64,000 bases of DNA from Paragordius varius. Taxonomy: Eukaryota > Animalia > Nematomorpha. Both the position numbers and the translations under genes were made by a program. Below, one piece after another: positions 1-12,216 of the stretch. Numbering within the stretch: position 1 is the first letter of the stretch; each line of letters starts with the position of its first letter. The notes under the pieces were generated by a model. The model saw only the letters and a list, made by a program, of their open reading frames with translations, did not search any database and was not told where the DNA came from. The stretch is taken from the NCBI GenBank assembly GCA_964247055.1, contig OZ176055.1, forward strand, positions 3,162,001 through 3,226,000, written 5' to 3'.

Positions 1-39
1 TTTGACGCAGTATGATTGTTTTTACACAATCAATGTGGT

Positions 40-477
40 ATATTACACAGCAATGAAATATATAGTGATAGGAAAATATCAGAATTATCATGGTAGTTTT
101 GGTTTTAACCTTTAAAAATTAAAGAAAGTTATTTACACTTTTGTGGTAAGTGCTCCGTATAAAATTGCAAGTGCGCAACTTTTCCAAATATATATATTTT
201 TGTTAAAGCTAAATGCTTTATTGCAAAAGATATCACCAAAATATAACATAAACTACATATAAAAAGCAAAACAATATTTTTAAAAATTTTAAATTTTTAG
301 ATGTGGGTTCTGAAACCAAATTTTTTGGCTCTTTTAAAATGGACTGTTCTCTTACAAAAATTCCGACATTGTGCATTAATTTTAAATATATGCTAAATTT
401 TGATATCGACTAATTTTGAAGATACTTCATACTATTTTGAGCATGGTGGAAACGATATAAACGGTTGAGATGTTATA

Positions 478-509
<32 letters not shown>

Positions 510-915
510 ATTCGATAATGCTAAACATTGTTCTCACTGAGAATTTTGATTAAAATATTCGCTCGTTTATAAATTATGTTAAATAAAAATTGTGTTTTTT
601 TTACAAAAATTCACCAAATTTGCAAGCAAACAAACTTTATATTGAAATTCTGAATGTTCAACATCCTCGAAAGAAAAAGGGTTTTATTTCTTAAAGCGTT
701 ATACCGTTTCCATCATGCTTCAAAATCGTTATAAGTACGCTTCGACAAAATATTTCAAATTTGTTTATGCAAAAAATAAGAAAACTAATAAAAATTATAG
801 TTTAGGAAAAAAATTAAGTATTATCATACCTCCCACCTAATGAATATAGAAAACGTAAAAACTTTTAATTTTTACAAAAAAATGTTATTTCGAAATCATA
901 TGCCATATATAAAAT
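40..915 (+). mobile_element. Transib-like non-autonomous element (family D), partial copy
   Basis: Collinear similarity to 6428-7647 (e.g. atcagaattatcatggtag, gtgggttctgaaacc, aatatatgctaaattt, gcatggtggaaacg). Termini are degenerate or truncated. Confidence 0.55.
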
Positions 916-919
916 TTAA

Positions 920-1463
920 CACTTCGATTCAAATTTAACTAAATACCCCAGACTAAATTTTAGTTAGGATTTTTAAAAAACTACCGAATAAAACGGTCCC
1001 AATTTAAATTTATGTTTCTATCCTAATAAAAATTATATAAATATGCCAAAATATCTAAATAACATGTCAAACTACTTGGACGCCATTTTTATTTTACAAA
1101 ATTTTTGCAAGATATCCTCTTTATTTAATTTTAAGGGTAAAATTAAAGCTAATTTTTTATTTAAATTACATCTAACATTGATAGAAACAGAAAAAGCGGT
1201 TTATTTTGTATTATTTTTCAATTTTACCATTGCGCATGTCACGTTGACTAACCTTTCAGTTATAGCTTAAAATAAGTAATATCAAGTATTTTTGAATAAA
1301 AATTTTATATAATTTGGTTTATTAATGTTATATAAAGGCAAAATTTTGCCATGGTTTCGATCATTTCCATATTTTTTAAAGAATTTAATTTTAAACAGGC
1401 CTCGGGTATCTAACTACCCCAATTTGAATCGAAGAACTAAAATGAATGTGTTGCAGCCAAGTG
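920..1463 (+). mobile_element. piggyBac-like MITE (~550 bp)
   Basis: Reads TTAA|CACTT...AAGTG|CTAA. It is the reverse complement of 38331-38893, which has TTAA on both sides. Confidence 0.65.
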
Positions 1464-2155
1464 CTAATAATAGTTACGGGATAACAACATATAATTTTTC
1501 CATTTGATAATTATTATAACAATGAACTTACTAAACTTGATCAAACATTTATTGTAATATCATAAATTAATTTTGTTAATTTTAAATTTGTGGGACTTCT
1601 TTTTGCGGGAGCCCTGAGTCAAAGCATTATCTAAATCTTACGGTGGAGTCTGAATTTATAGTTTCGTTGCGCGAAAGGCTGCAATCATAAGCGATTTAAC
1701 CGATCCAAAAACCAATTTTAATTATAATTCGAGGAGAATATAGAATATTAACCAATTAAAAATAGGTTAACCTTGGTTTTTTACACAATGAACCATTTCT
1801 TAACAAATTATGGGTTTATTTTTACAGATGGTACTATATCAAATTCTAAAATAATTTTTTTGAATAAATAAAAGGTAATTAATATATATTCATAAAAATT
1901 ATTTTTTTTATTTTCAAAAAGCAATACAAAAATGGGCGCAGTACAATCGCAGTTTTTTTCTGAATATTCAGAACTGTACTGCGAAAAACAGCCTATCTGG
2001 TCACATTAAGTAAAGCATAATATTATCGGCTAATATAAAAAAACGAAAACAATAACTATAAGTCAAACAATAATACTGCCCATTGCAATACAGTCTATCT
2101 GGCAATAATTATTTTCAATTTCTACTTACTCGTACTGTAATAAAACGTTTTTTAC

Positions 2156-3079
2156 CTAAACATATTAGTTCCTTCATTCATTAGTACAACCAAATCCCCA
2201 ATCCGTTCATTACTCCCATAATGATGGCTTATGGGTACACCATTTTTGTGATAAACACTGTATTTTGGAGCTTCGCCCTTGAGTTTTCCATTACAACGGA
2301 CCTGTTCAAATATATCGTTTGGGCCAGCTAAATGTATGGAAAATATATAGATTTAGTAAGACAGTCGAACGAAGTTTTTTCGTAATAATTATACTTTTGG
2401 ATTCATTTGTCGATGATATCATGACACTAGGTCCGGCAGAAAAAAGGATTTTCGCAAAAAACCCGATTTGATTCAAATATATAAGCCCGTGACAATTCGT
2501 GGATACACCACCTGTTATGAATAATATGGAGTTTGTTAGATAAGATATAATTGAGATCGAAAGATTAATTTTATTAAAAAAATACTTTTTATTAATTTAT
2601 AGTCACTAATATTATAGTAAAAAGAAAGTTTTGCAAATCTTTATCATATAAAAAATAAAATAAATACCGTGATCAGACACTATTATAATGTTGACACAAT
2701 TTAAAAGCCCGGCGTCATTTAGTTGTTTGAAAAAATCCTTCAAATATTCTTGTGCTTTTATCACTTCTTCCTTAACCTAATACAATTATAAAAAATAACA
2801 TGCAGTCAAATGATATATCCATATTTTGAATTAAATATTTTGAGTAAAAAAAACTAGTTTTATATTAACCACCAATTATTTAAAATCAAAGTCGATGTTA
2901 AATGGGTGTTTACCCGTTTTTAAAGACAAATTCACCAACAAGTATATTTTATTTCTTAATAATATGCATCTTTTTGTTAAATGTATTTGTGCAATCTTGT
3001 TTTTTTTACCCCAGGAGGTGTGAGTGTAAGCGCGAATCAAAAAAAGGATACATATTGAAATTTTCGAATAAATTTTATG

Positions 3080-3124
<45 letters not shown>

Positions 3125-6100
3125 GTTGAGATAAACTTCAGGAGACTCGCGACCTTTGGCATGCAAAGCGTGATCCGGTTGATTCTTGTAGACCGTAAAA
3201 AAGCCAGGCCTATCTCCAGACCCCATTTTAAGTTTTTGTATAACATCTCGAATGTTAGCCATACTAAGGATTTATTTACACATAAACATAACTTTTTAAA
3301 GTAATCGAAATTGTTTTATATTTAATATATGACTGATAAAATTTATAGAAAAATATCAAATCATTTGTAAAACGATAGTAATTGCATATAGTGCTTGTTA
3401 ACACTTATCAATAAGATACAACGTTTGAGTAAGATATTTACATAAGATTTTCTATTTTATAAATGATTATTTTGTTTTTACAACATCCAAAATAAATATA
3501 AATACTAATTACTTTCTTGGATTAGAGTAGGTTGGTGCAAAACCTAGAGAGGTTAAAAAGGTATGGTAAAAAAATGATTACATTAAAATTTATTTTAACA
3601 ATTGTGTATATAATATGCAAATTGTATACCATCAAATGTCAATTTTGATGCTGGCCAATAATTAACACAAGTTTTGATTCCCTGTTTTTCGGCTGTTATC
3701 CAAATCTATAATTTTTTATGATATATATATTAAGAATGCCAATTAAAGTCAAGAATGGTAATTTCTATGCCTAATTTTCTGTTAAGTAAACATACCAGCT
3801 TTCAAAATCGGAAAAATTTTGGAGGTCACATTGTATTGAAGGGAAATAAACTTAAAAGATGATTTTAAAAAATCGGTATAAAATTATTTATAAATCAAAA
3901 TGGATAATTTGTTAATAAATAAATGGTCGTATTCATAAATTTTAAGGCTTGTATTATAATAAACTTCAACTAAAGTAAAGCATAAAATGCCATAATCAAA
4001 TTTTTGTAATGAAAGTATTTCATAAAATTTCTTAAAAATATGTTTATAAGCGTAATATAAAATGAAAGTATCAGTTTTGTCAAGAAAATTGGTTTTTACA
4101 CATTGGCTTTTAATATTTTTTGTATCAAAAACATGGATTAACCCATTCGGTACATGAGATGAAAAAAGAAATATTTTTTGATAAAAATTATAGCAAAATA
4201 CTAAAATATTTTACTTTAATGTTAAAATAAGTTACTTAATTTAAATTAGTTTTGGAAAGATATAACAAAAATCCGCATATATTTTCAATAATAATTTCAG
4301 GTACCGAACGATTTATAAAATGTTTTGAAACAAACAAGTAGCTAGCATTATACTAAGCTTTTCAAAACGGATTCATGTTTCAACACCACTTTAAACAATT
4401 GTTTACCAAATTTCATGAAATACACTTGATGTATTTAAAAAATTTGACTTTTGCATTTCAGGCGCTGTATTTTATTAATGTCGACTTATTGAAACATCTT
4501 ATAAAATTATGTATTGTCCTATTATTTTTTAATTCGCAATGTTTTAATCCTCCAAAAAAACTTAATTTAAAATCAATTTTTAGAGTTTATTTTCCTTATA
4601 TGCTAGGTATCTCCCATTTTTTCAAAATCGGTATCTGGTAAATCAAAATAAAAACATTGACCAAATTTGGCAAACTTTATAGCTATTTAAATATTTTCAA
4701 AAAATTTTTTTTTTTTTTTAAATTTGATATTCTTTACTGGTTCTCCACCCCATTTGACTTGGTTGTGTGTTGATTCATTTTTATATTTAAATTCTGCTCC
4801 AGTGATTGGATCCTTGAATTGATTATCGACGATGCCATGCACATCTGGATATAATCCCTAAAATGAAAATTTAAATATTTAGTTTTATTATTATTATTTT
4901 TAAAATTATAAAACTGAAGTGGGCATGATGTTTGCAGGGGTGTTCAACACGAGGCGCTTTAAACTATTTCTGCAGCTTGTCAGAAATTTCAAATACAAAT
5001 TTTTGGAAACAAATTTTCTGAATAAATCTTCTGAATTTCGACAATATTGGGAAAATTGTTAAAATAAATAGTAGTTTTTAGAGTTTTTAGTTTTAAATCT
5101 AATAAAATATTTGTTAATGCCCATATATTTTGCGAATGTGGCCCGCAAAACCATTTGTGTTGGACACCCCTGGGCTAATTGATAATATTTCACCACAATA
5201 ATCATAAAAAATGGTAAAAAAGTTTTATAATTATTTATGGTTAATCATTTATATTAATATCGTGACCATATTGATTATAAACCAATATAAATTCATATAC
5301 CATTTACACTTCAAGAGTGTCCTTGAACAATTCGAGTTGGTCCTTGAACAATTCAAGTTGGTCCTTGAACAGTTCAAGTTGGTCCTTGAACAATTCAAGT
5401 TGGTCCTTGAACAATTCAAGTTGGTCCTTGAACAATTCAAGTTGTGAACAATTCAAGTTGGTCCTTGAACAATTCAAGTTGGTCCTTTAACTTTTTTGTT
5501 TTGTTTTTAACTTTTATCAATCAAATCGAAAATAATTCGTCTATTTTATTGTTTTTAACCTATTTTCTATTATTTAACATAAATTATTAAATCGATATCA
5601 ACTTTTAATCTTTGAAAAACCGTATATCTTTATTAATTTCTTAAAATAAATTTATATATTTATAAGATTTTAACACGAAATGAAAAAATATATAAGTTTT
5701 CTGGGTTATTTATTAAAATTTTTCATTAAAAACATTTAAAAGTCAATAATTTTGTTCAATTGAAAAAAAATAGTTTAAACAAAAAAAGTGGTTTTTTAAG
5801 AAAAAAATTTATTTTTAAATGAATAAATATATAATAAATAAAGAAAATTAGGTTAATAAATAATTAAATAAAAAAATAAATGCAAAAATTATGGTTAAAT
5901 CAAAATTTATAAATTTTAAGGACCAACTTGAACTGTTCAAGGACCAACTTGAAGTGTTCAAGGACCAACTTGAAATGTTAAAGGACCAACTTGAATTGTT
6001 CATGGACCAACTTGAATTGTTCAAGGACCAACTTGAATTGTTCAAGGACCAACTTGAACTGTTCAAGGACCAACTTGAATTGTTCAAGGACACTCTTGAA

Positions 6101-6456
6101 GTGTAAATGGTATATAATAAAGTTTAATATAAAATGCTAAACTTTCTTCCTACTATCAACGACCATTATTTGATTCAATATTCTCATTGGTTGCCAGATG
6201 ATTCAAAAGAGATTATATTCTAAAAACCCCAATTAACGTGGTGGGAATAAACTTAAAGGATAAATCATAATAAAGATTCTTCGTATTTCTCTTTTAAAGA
6301 TAAAAATTATAAATGAGCGCCTATAACCCGATGTTAAACGCATCCAAACAAAAATTCGTCACTTTTAAGCAATTACATTAAAAAGAACGATTTTAAAATT
6401 ATTATGGCTTCATACATTTCCTATTTTAAATAGTGTCCACAAAAAATAACCTGTTG

Positions 6457-6487
<31 letters not shown>

Positions 6488-9400
6488 CTCTAATAGCAAA
6501 ATGTATCAGAATTACATGGTGCTTTTTTGGCGCTTACGAGTATATTTACGTTTTTTCTTAAGTGCCCCACAGAAAATGGCGATTTGCATGCGTTTTTTGT
6601 TTAAAAATATTTTTGGTGAAAATTAAATGTTTCATTCCAAAAAAATCACCAAAATATCTTATGAATTACCTAAAAAAGCAAAACAACATTTTTTTAAAAA
6701 ATTATATTAGAAAGGGCTCCGAAAGTCCCAAATTTATTCGCTCTTCTAAAGTGGGCGAGATCTTTTAAGTAAACGCAAAAATGTTGGGATTGCGCGATAA
6801 ATATATTAAAAATATGCTAAATATTCATATCAACCAAAAATATTTTTAAAAATGTATACATACTTTTTTAAAAAAATAATTTTTAGCAAAATTTTGTTGA
6901 AGCGTACTTTAAACTTTGAGGCATGATGGAAATGGTATAAAAACGTTTAAGATATTATAAAAAACACTTTTTCTATTAATTTTAATGTTGAAAATTTCTA
7001 TTAGCTCAGAATTTTGATTAAAGTATTCGTTCGACTTCAAATATATGTTAAATATAAATTGCATAAAAATAAACAAAATTTTTAGGCAAACGAACCTTTA
7101 AATTATCATTTTGAAGGGATATAAATGTTAGGATCATTGAATTATATAGAGAAAGTATTTTCATCATGCCTAAAAATAGTAAGTACGCTTCAACAAAATT
7201 TTTCTAAATTTGAATTTTTGAAAAATGTTTACAGTTTTTTAAAAATATTTTTGGTTGATATCAAAACTTAGCATATATTTACAATGTGTGCGTGATTCCT
7301 GCGTTTTTGCTTTTATTATAAGAGTACTAGCCCATTTTAGAAGAGGGAAAAAATTTGGGACTTTTGGAGCCCACATATAAAAAATAATTTTTTTAAAAAT
7401 ATTGTGTCGCTCTTTTTATATGTAATAATATATTTTAGTGATAAAATGAATACTCTAGCTTTCACCAAAAAATTATTTAAAAAAATATGCGCAAATTTTT
7501 TTCTGATATGAAAACTTAGCACAAAAGTGTGATTAACTTTCTTATATCACTCGTAAGGGCCAAAACCATAAGTACCATGATAATCATGATAATTTTCCAT
7601 CAATAATTTATATATATAATTCAACAGGTTATTACTAGGTCATTGTGTGGTCTCTTTTTCAATTCATGTTCCACACTTTTAGCAAATTCCAGTTTTTGGC
7701 AAACTTATTTTCATCAGTTACGAAAAATAAAGTTCTTCCACATATTGGTGGAGAATGCGTAAAATAATAAAAAAATTTAAATTATTCTTTTCAAGTAAAA
7801 ATTTCTTGAAAAGCCTTATTTTGCCATTACATTCATCGATCTTTTATTTAAAATGTGGTTTTGAAGCATTTTTCCAATAAACATATCAACCCATTCAAAT
7901 AAAAATTCAATATTTTTTAAATTATATCAGCTATTCAAATAAACCTAGCTTATTAATCTCCCAGTTTGTCCCAATTGAGACAAACGCTGTGCGATAATAT
8001 TAAATTTATTATTAAAAAAATTTATGGGTATATAGATATTAAAATTAAATTATTTTAATAGTATTTGTATAATGGCACTAAACAATGAATTAGTAATTAG
8101 ATGGATGGAAATATTTAAAATTATATTTTTTTCATTTGTTTAAATTTCATATTATAAGTTTAATGCTTAAAGATATATTGTTTCATTCAGAACTAGTATT
8201 GAAAAATAAAGAGTTATCATTCTTTTATTGTTAAGGATTTGGCTTAATGGCTAAATAACATCCGAGATAGTTTTTTAGAAGTTATATGTAACTTTCATTA
8301 TTAATGTTATAAAAACTTCTAAATATCTTTAAGTTGCTTGATAATAATCAACATGCAATACTAATTGGTTTATAGGGATGCTTTTTTCTAATTAGTGGAA
8401 ACTGTCAATATAAATAAAAAATCAAAATTTCTTAAAATATAAGTTTATGTTTCAAAACTATTTACGGTGACTAGAGTGTAGAGATTGGGAAAAGTTTTGG
8501 TAGGATAAGAGGGCCGCATATATTCCGTCGTAACGCCTTGCTTTTTAAGGTCTCGTAGAAAAGTTTTATCCCAGTACTTAAAGTATTCTGGGTTAAATCC
8601 ATCAAACGCCATAAGGATTACGGGATATCTGTCAAATCTAATGAAAATGAATGAAAATGATAATATACAGTAAAAATAGAAATTATACAGAAACAAAATG
8701 TATAAATAGAAAGATAAATATTTTTTTTTCAAAAGACGACTGTATTTCTTTTAAGCTTTATATAGGAAATTAAAATGTAAATTATCGTTTTAAGTTACCG
8801 ATAAAAGAATAAAAATGTCAATTGGTATTACTCTTAATCATATATACACTGTGTGCAAAAAAATTTTTAACAAAAAATTAGTTTTTCTTGAGAGAGCTTA
8901 TGACCAGCGTATTCATTTGCCGCAAAAATTTTTATTTGTCGACAACCTAGTTTTTGAAATATTGAGAGAAAATCGAAATCGGGCAAAAAGTGAAAATTAA
9001 GTATAATTAAGGATAATTCAAAAAATATTGATAAAATTTGAAATATTATGGTTTATTATCATTTTAGGAGATATTTTCAATATATAAATAGCCTAAAATT
9101 ATATAGTTAGGGTTTCTATAAAATTTCAGCCCAAAAGATGGCGTTTTTCTTTTAACACATTCACAAGACAAATTTTGTTTATAAAACTAGATTAATATAA
9201 TTTTTTTTAATTATTTACTACCTGAACTCACTATTACAATCTTAACATCCATATTTTATTCAGTAAAAAAACTTATATATTAAAATAAAACCAAAAAATA
9301 TTGTTTTTTATTTTTACATTTTTTTGTCATCTGGTTTATTTTCTGTTTTATTTTGGAATCTTACATGAGTGCGAATTATAAAGGATATATTTTGATATAT

Positions 9401-10376
9401 AAGTTTTTTACTAATATAATATGGATGTTAAGATTTTAATAGTGAGTTCAGGTGGTAAAAAAATTATAATATAGTTTTATAAAAAAAATTGTCTTGTGAG
9501 TGTGTTAAAAGAGAAACGCCATATTTTGGGCTGAAATTTTATAGAAACTCTAACTAAATGATTTTAGGCTATTTATATATTGAAAATATATCCTAAAATG
9601 ATAATAAACCATAATATCTCATATTTTATCATTATTTTTTGAATTATCCTTAATTATCCTTAATTTTCAGTTTTTGATTTCGATTTTCTCTCATTATTTC
9701 AAAAACTAGGTTGTTTTGGCGGCAAATGAATTCACTGGTCATAAGCTATCTCATGAAATAAATTTTTTTCTTTAAATCAAAATAACCCTCTTTTTGCACA
9801 CAGTATATATATATATATATACCATTTTAACTTCAAATTCACCCTTGAATAAATCAAAGCACCCTAAATTAAGACTAAAAATTACCTATATTTTCTAAAA
9901 AAATGATGCTTAAAATTAAAATAATACTGAAAAAATAATAAAGTATGCTACAAAGTTTTATTTTATATTAATAATGAGTTATATTAGTTCGAAAACACAT
10001 AATTTTTTAGGGTGAATTTAAATTATTTTAGGGTAAATTCTTATTCAAGGGTGAGTTTGAATTGTTTAAGGGTAAGTCTGAATTATAAATGGAATATTTC
10101 AAAATCGTAAATAAATTTATACAAAAAAATTGAGATTCAAAAAAGCATGGCAGTCTTTTGAAAAAATATATTTGTTTTTATGTTTTTACATTTTGTGTGT
10201 ATAATTTCAACTTTTACTGTATTTATAAAGTCATACCCTTTGGCTTTACATTGATCCGAAATAATTTGTGTTACAGAATCAACATGAATGGTTAAACAAG
10301 ATAATATTATTAAAATTAATGATTGAAAATGGATATAAAAATTAATTTTATTTTTTTTAACGAAAATAAGCGGCAT
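2156..10376 (-). CDS. Ectonucleotide pyrophosphatase/phosphodiesterase (ENPP1-3-like), multi-exon, 3' part not resolved in window
   Basis: Phase-compatible GT-AG exons 10376-10237, 8637-8466, 4857-4738, 3705-3630, 3543-3513, 3263-3137, 2776-2668, 2511-2395, 2327-2156. They translate to ...VILMAFDGF...[30 protein letters not shown]...WGGEPIWITAEKQGIK...YWP...DRPGFFTVYKNQPDHALHAKG...CVNIIIVSDHG...HYGSNERIG. The catalytic Thr and Zn ligands (D of FDG, PDxxxH, DH) are present. The later HGYDN motif was not found and probably lies left of the window. Confidence 0.93.
3082..3123. repeat. (AT)n microsatellite
   Basis: About 20 AT units. Similar tracts occur near 484-508, 6460-6487, 18957-18976, 33248-33271 and 60437-60475. 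Confidence 0.95.
4935..5172. mobile_element. hAT (Charlie-like) MITE
   Basis: TIRs CAGGGGTGTTCAAC / GTTGGACACCCCTG; same termini as 63562-63870. Confidence 0.7.
5300..6110. mobile_element. Foldback-like MITE (family A) with 21-bp tandem repeats in both TIR arms
   Basis: TA|CCATTTACACTTCAAGAGTGTCC...GGACACTCTTGAAGTGTAAATGG|TA. Each arm has about 8 units of gtccttgaacaattcaagttg, inverted on the right. The repeats explain the ORFs at 5211-5447 and 5848-6106. Confidence 0.9.
6428..7647 (+). mobile_element. Transib-like non-autonomous element (family D)
   Basis: Long imperfect TIRs: left aatagtgtccacaaaaaataacctgttgaa, right ttcaacaggttattactaggtcattgtg. Other copies end in CACTGTG (20959-20965, 25421-25427), the Transib/RSS-heptamer terminus. 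Confidence 0.7.
8847..9805. mobile_element. Near-fully palindromic Tc1/mariner-like MITE (~960 bp)
   Basis: TA|CACTGTGTGCAAAAA...TTTTTGCACACAGTA|TA. The arms (~8847-9285 and ~9385-9805) are reverse complements over about 430 bp. Confidence 0.85.
9822..10092. mobile_element. Foldback-like MITE (family B)
   Basis: CCATTTTAACTTCAAATTCACCCTTGAA...GAATTATAAATGG termini with acccttgaacaattcaaattc-type 21-mers. Confidence 0.75.
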
Positions 10377-10946
10377 TTAATCGTCAAAAAAATGAAAAAA
10401 AATTAAAAATTATGAATTAATATTAAAATAAGACAGAACACACATAAATTATGAAAATTATGCTGTACAATCAATTATATCCGATAAAAATTAATATATA
10501 GTAAAAATATATTATATGATAATGTTTAAACAGGTGTTGATCACTCTTTTATTCTTTTTTTTTCACGTTGAAAAACTGTTTTTAAATAAAAAAACCTTGT
10601 GATAACATTTTTTTTGAATAAAAAAGTTTTCCAAATAATAAATTATACTTATTTCAAACTTCCCTGTTACTTAGCCATTTAGGCAAAACTCAAAAGTTCT
10701 GTTTTGAGATACAATGTCGAAAAAATCTAAAATTAATTAATTAATATCTATTTTCGACCCAATCTTGGAAGGCAGTTCGGCTATCGAGTGTCAAATAGGT
10801 GTCTCAAAATTGTTTTTAAATTGAAATGTTTCACTTCTATGAACAACCATAAATTTCATCACATATTAGTTTAATATTTATATTATTTAAATAATATGTG
10901 GGGAAATATACCTTGTCGTTTTACAGTAAAATTAAATTTATACAGA

Positions 10947-11218
10947 CAGAGGCCTAAGGGGGAGGAAAGGGGTCTGATACTCCGGGCGCCAAAGTTGAAG
11001 GGGCTCAGGATTTAAAAAAAATTTAATTTTATATCAAAAAATAGGTATTTAAAAGTTTATATTTTAAATATTGCATAAAAAATCACCCATTTATGATTGG
11101 TCATGTCCACGGTTTGAATTTGATTATTTTTTTAGTGTGCTAGGGGTAGCATAGAGGGGACGGGAGCGCCATCACGGATTCATACACCGGGAATTAGATA
11201 GCAAGCCGCGTCTATGTA
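10947..11218 (+). mobile_element. GC-rich-ended MITE, inserted into another MITE
   Basis: Reverse-complement similarity to 49010-49220 (tatcacccatttatga...; agaggc...ggaaaggggnc). The flanks rejoin into a sequence matching the arm of the 52619-52925 element. Confidence 0.5.
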
Positions 11219-12216
11219 TAGAGACAAAACGTAAAAACTAAAAGACAAATATTATCTAAAAAAAGAAAACCATACTTTTTCTACCAACATATGCTAATAA
11301 TTGCAAATTTGTATTTATATTACCAATTTCATCGCTAATTGCCATTTAGTAAAACAAAAAAATGCTTTATTATTATTAAAAAAATCAAGATTTATATGGT
11401 TGTCTTTACTAAATAATAATGTCTTAAATTTTACGTTTTGTGTGCATAATTTCAATATTCACTGTATTTATTTGATTTTATTAATAGTTACTGGCTGTCA
11501 TTTTATTGTGTGTTCTTAATTTTATCTTCTTATCTTTGAAGTATATTCCGTTGGAATATTGTCAACATGAATGACAATAAAAATAGTTTAAAATATATTT
11601 TTGTTATTACGAAAAAATAACCTAGTCCACATTTATTATGTCTCAAAGTAAACACAATATAACTTCGATTGGCTGAATTTAGATAATATGTTATTTATAA
11701 AACCTTTTGCGCCTAAAATGTAATATTTAAGTTTGTATCTTGGCAACAACTGATAAATAGTTAAATAAGCATTTTAGCGTTCCAAAAATAAATTTTTCAT
11801 CAATCACATTTTTCAAAATTCAAGGTTAACAATATTTTATTGTTAATATCTGTTGACGGCAAACATAATTTTTTTAAAGCTTCTTTATTTAGTAAGTAAT
11901 TGTTGTTGTTTTACTGAAAATTACATCATCATTTAAATATCTGATATAAATAACAGCAGAAGATGTATAAAAGTAAATTGTTTTGAATAGTAAAAGTTAT
12001 AAACTGTTTGAGAGTAAGTATTCAAGGTATGGGATAGATAATTTGTTTATTAGAGAAGGTGATAATTCCTTAAATTAATTTTACACAAAATCCAACCTAA
12101 AAAAGCTTTTTTTAAAGATCGCTAATTTGTATAATTATCAATTTAAGGACATCATATCTCAATTATTCTAATTTAATTACGATTTTTTCAAATATTCCAA
12201 AATTATCCCTTTACCT

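Noticed and set aside
1600-2134. Possible further ENPP exons, including a 5-nt micro-exon after a 21-nt intron
   Set aside because: No splice path gave the expected HGYDN motif. The region contains ATCTGGTCA/ATCTGGCAA TIR-like remnants and a small palindrome, consistent with MITE debris.
5211-6106. ORFs with heptad repeats (LEQFKLV, KDQLELF, NCSRTNL) resembling leucine zippers, or the 21-bp array as CRISPR
   Set aside because: They are translations of the 21-bp repeats in the TIR arms of a foldback MITE. The units are contiguous with no spacers, and there are no cas genes.
6130-6270. Carboxylesterase-like fragment (LLPTIND...WLPDDSKEII...VVGIN) in an ENPP intron
   Set aside because: It is short, frameshifted and weakly similar, with no supporting exons. 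It cannot be separated from chance.
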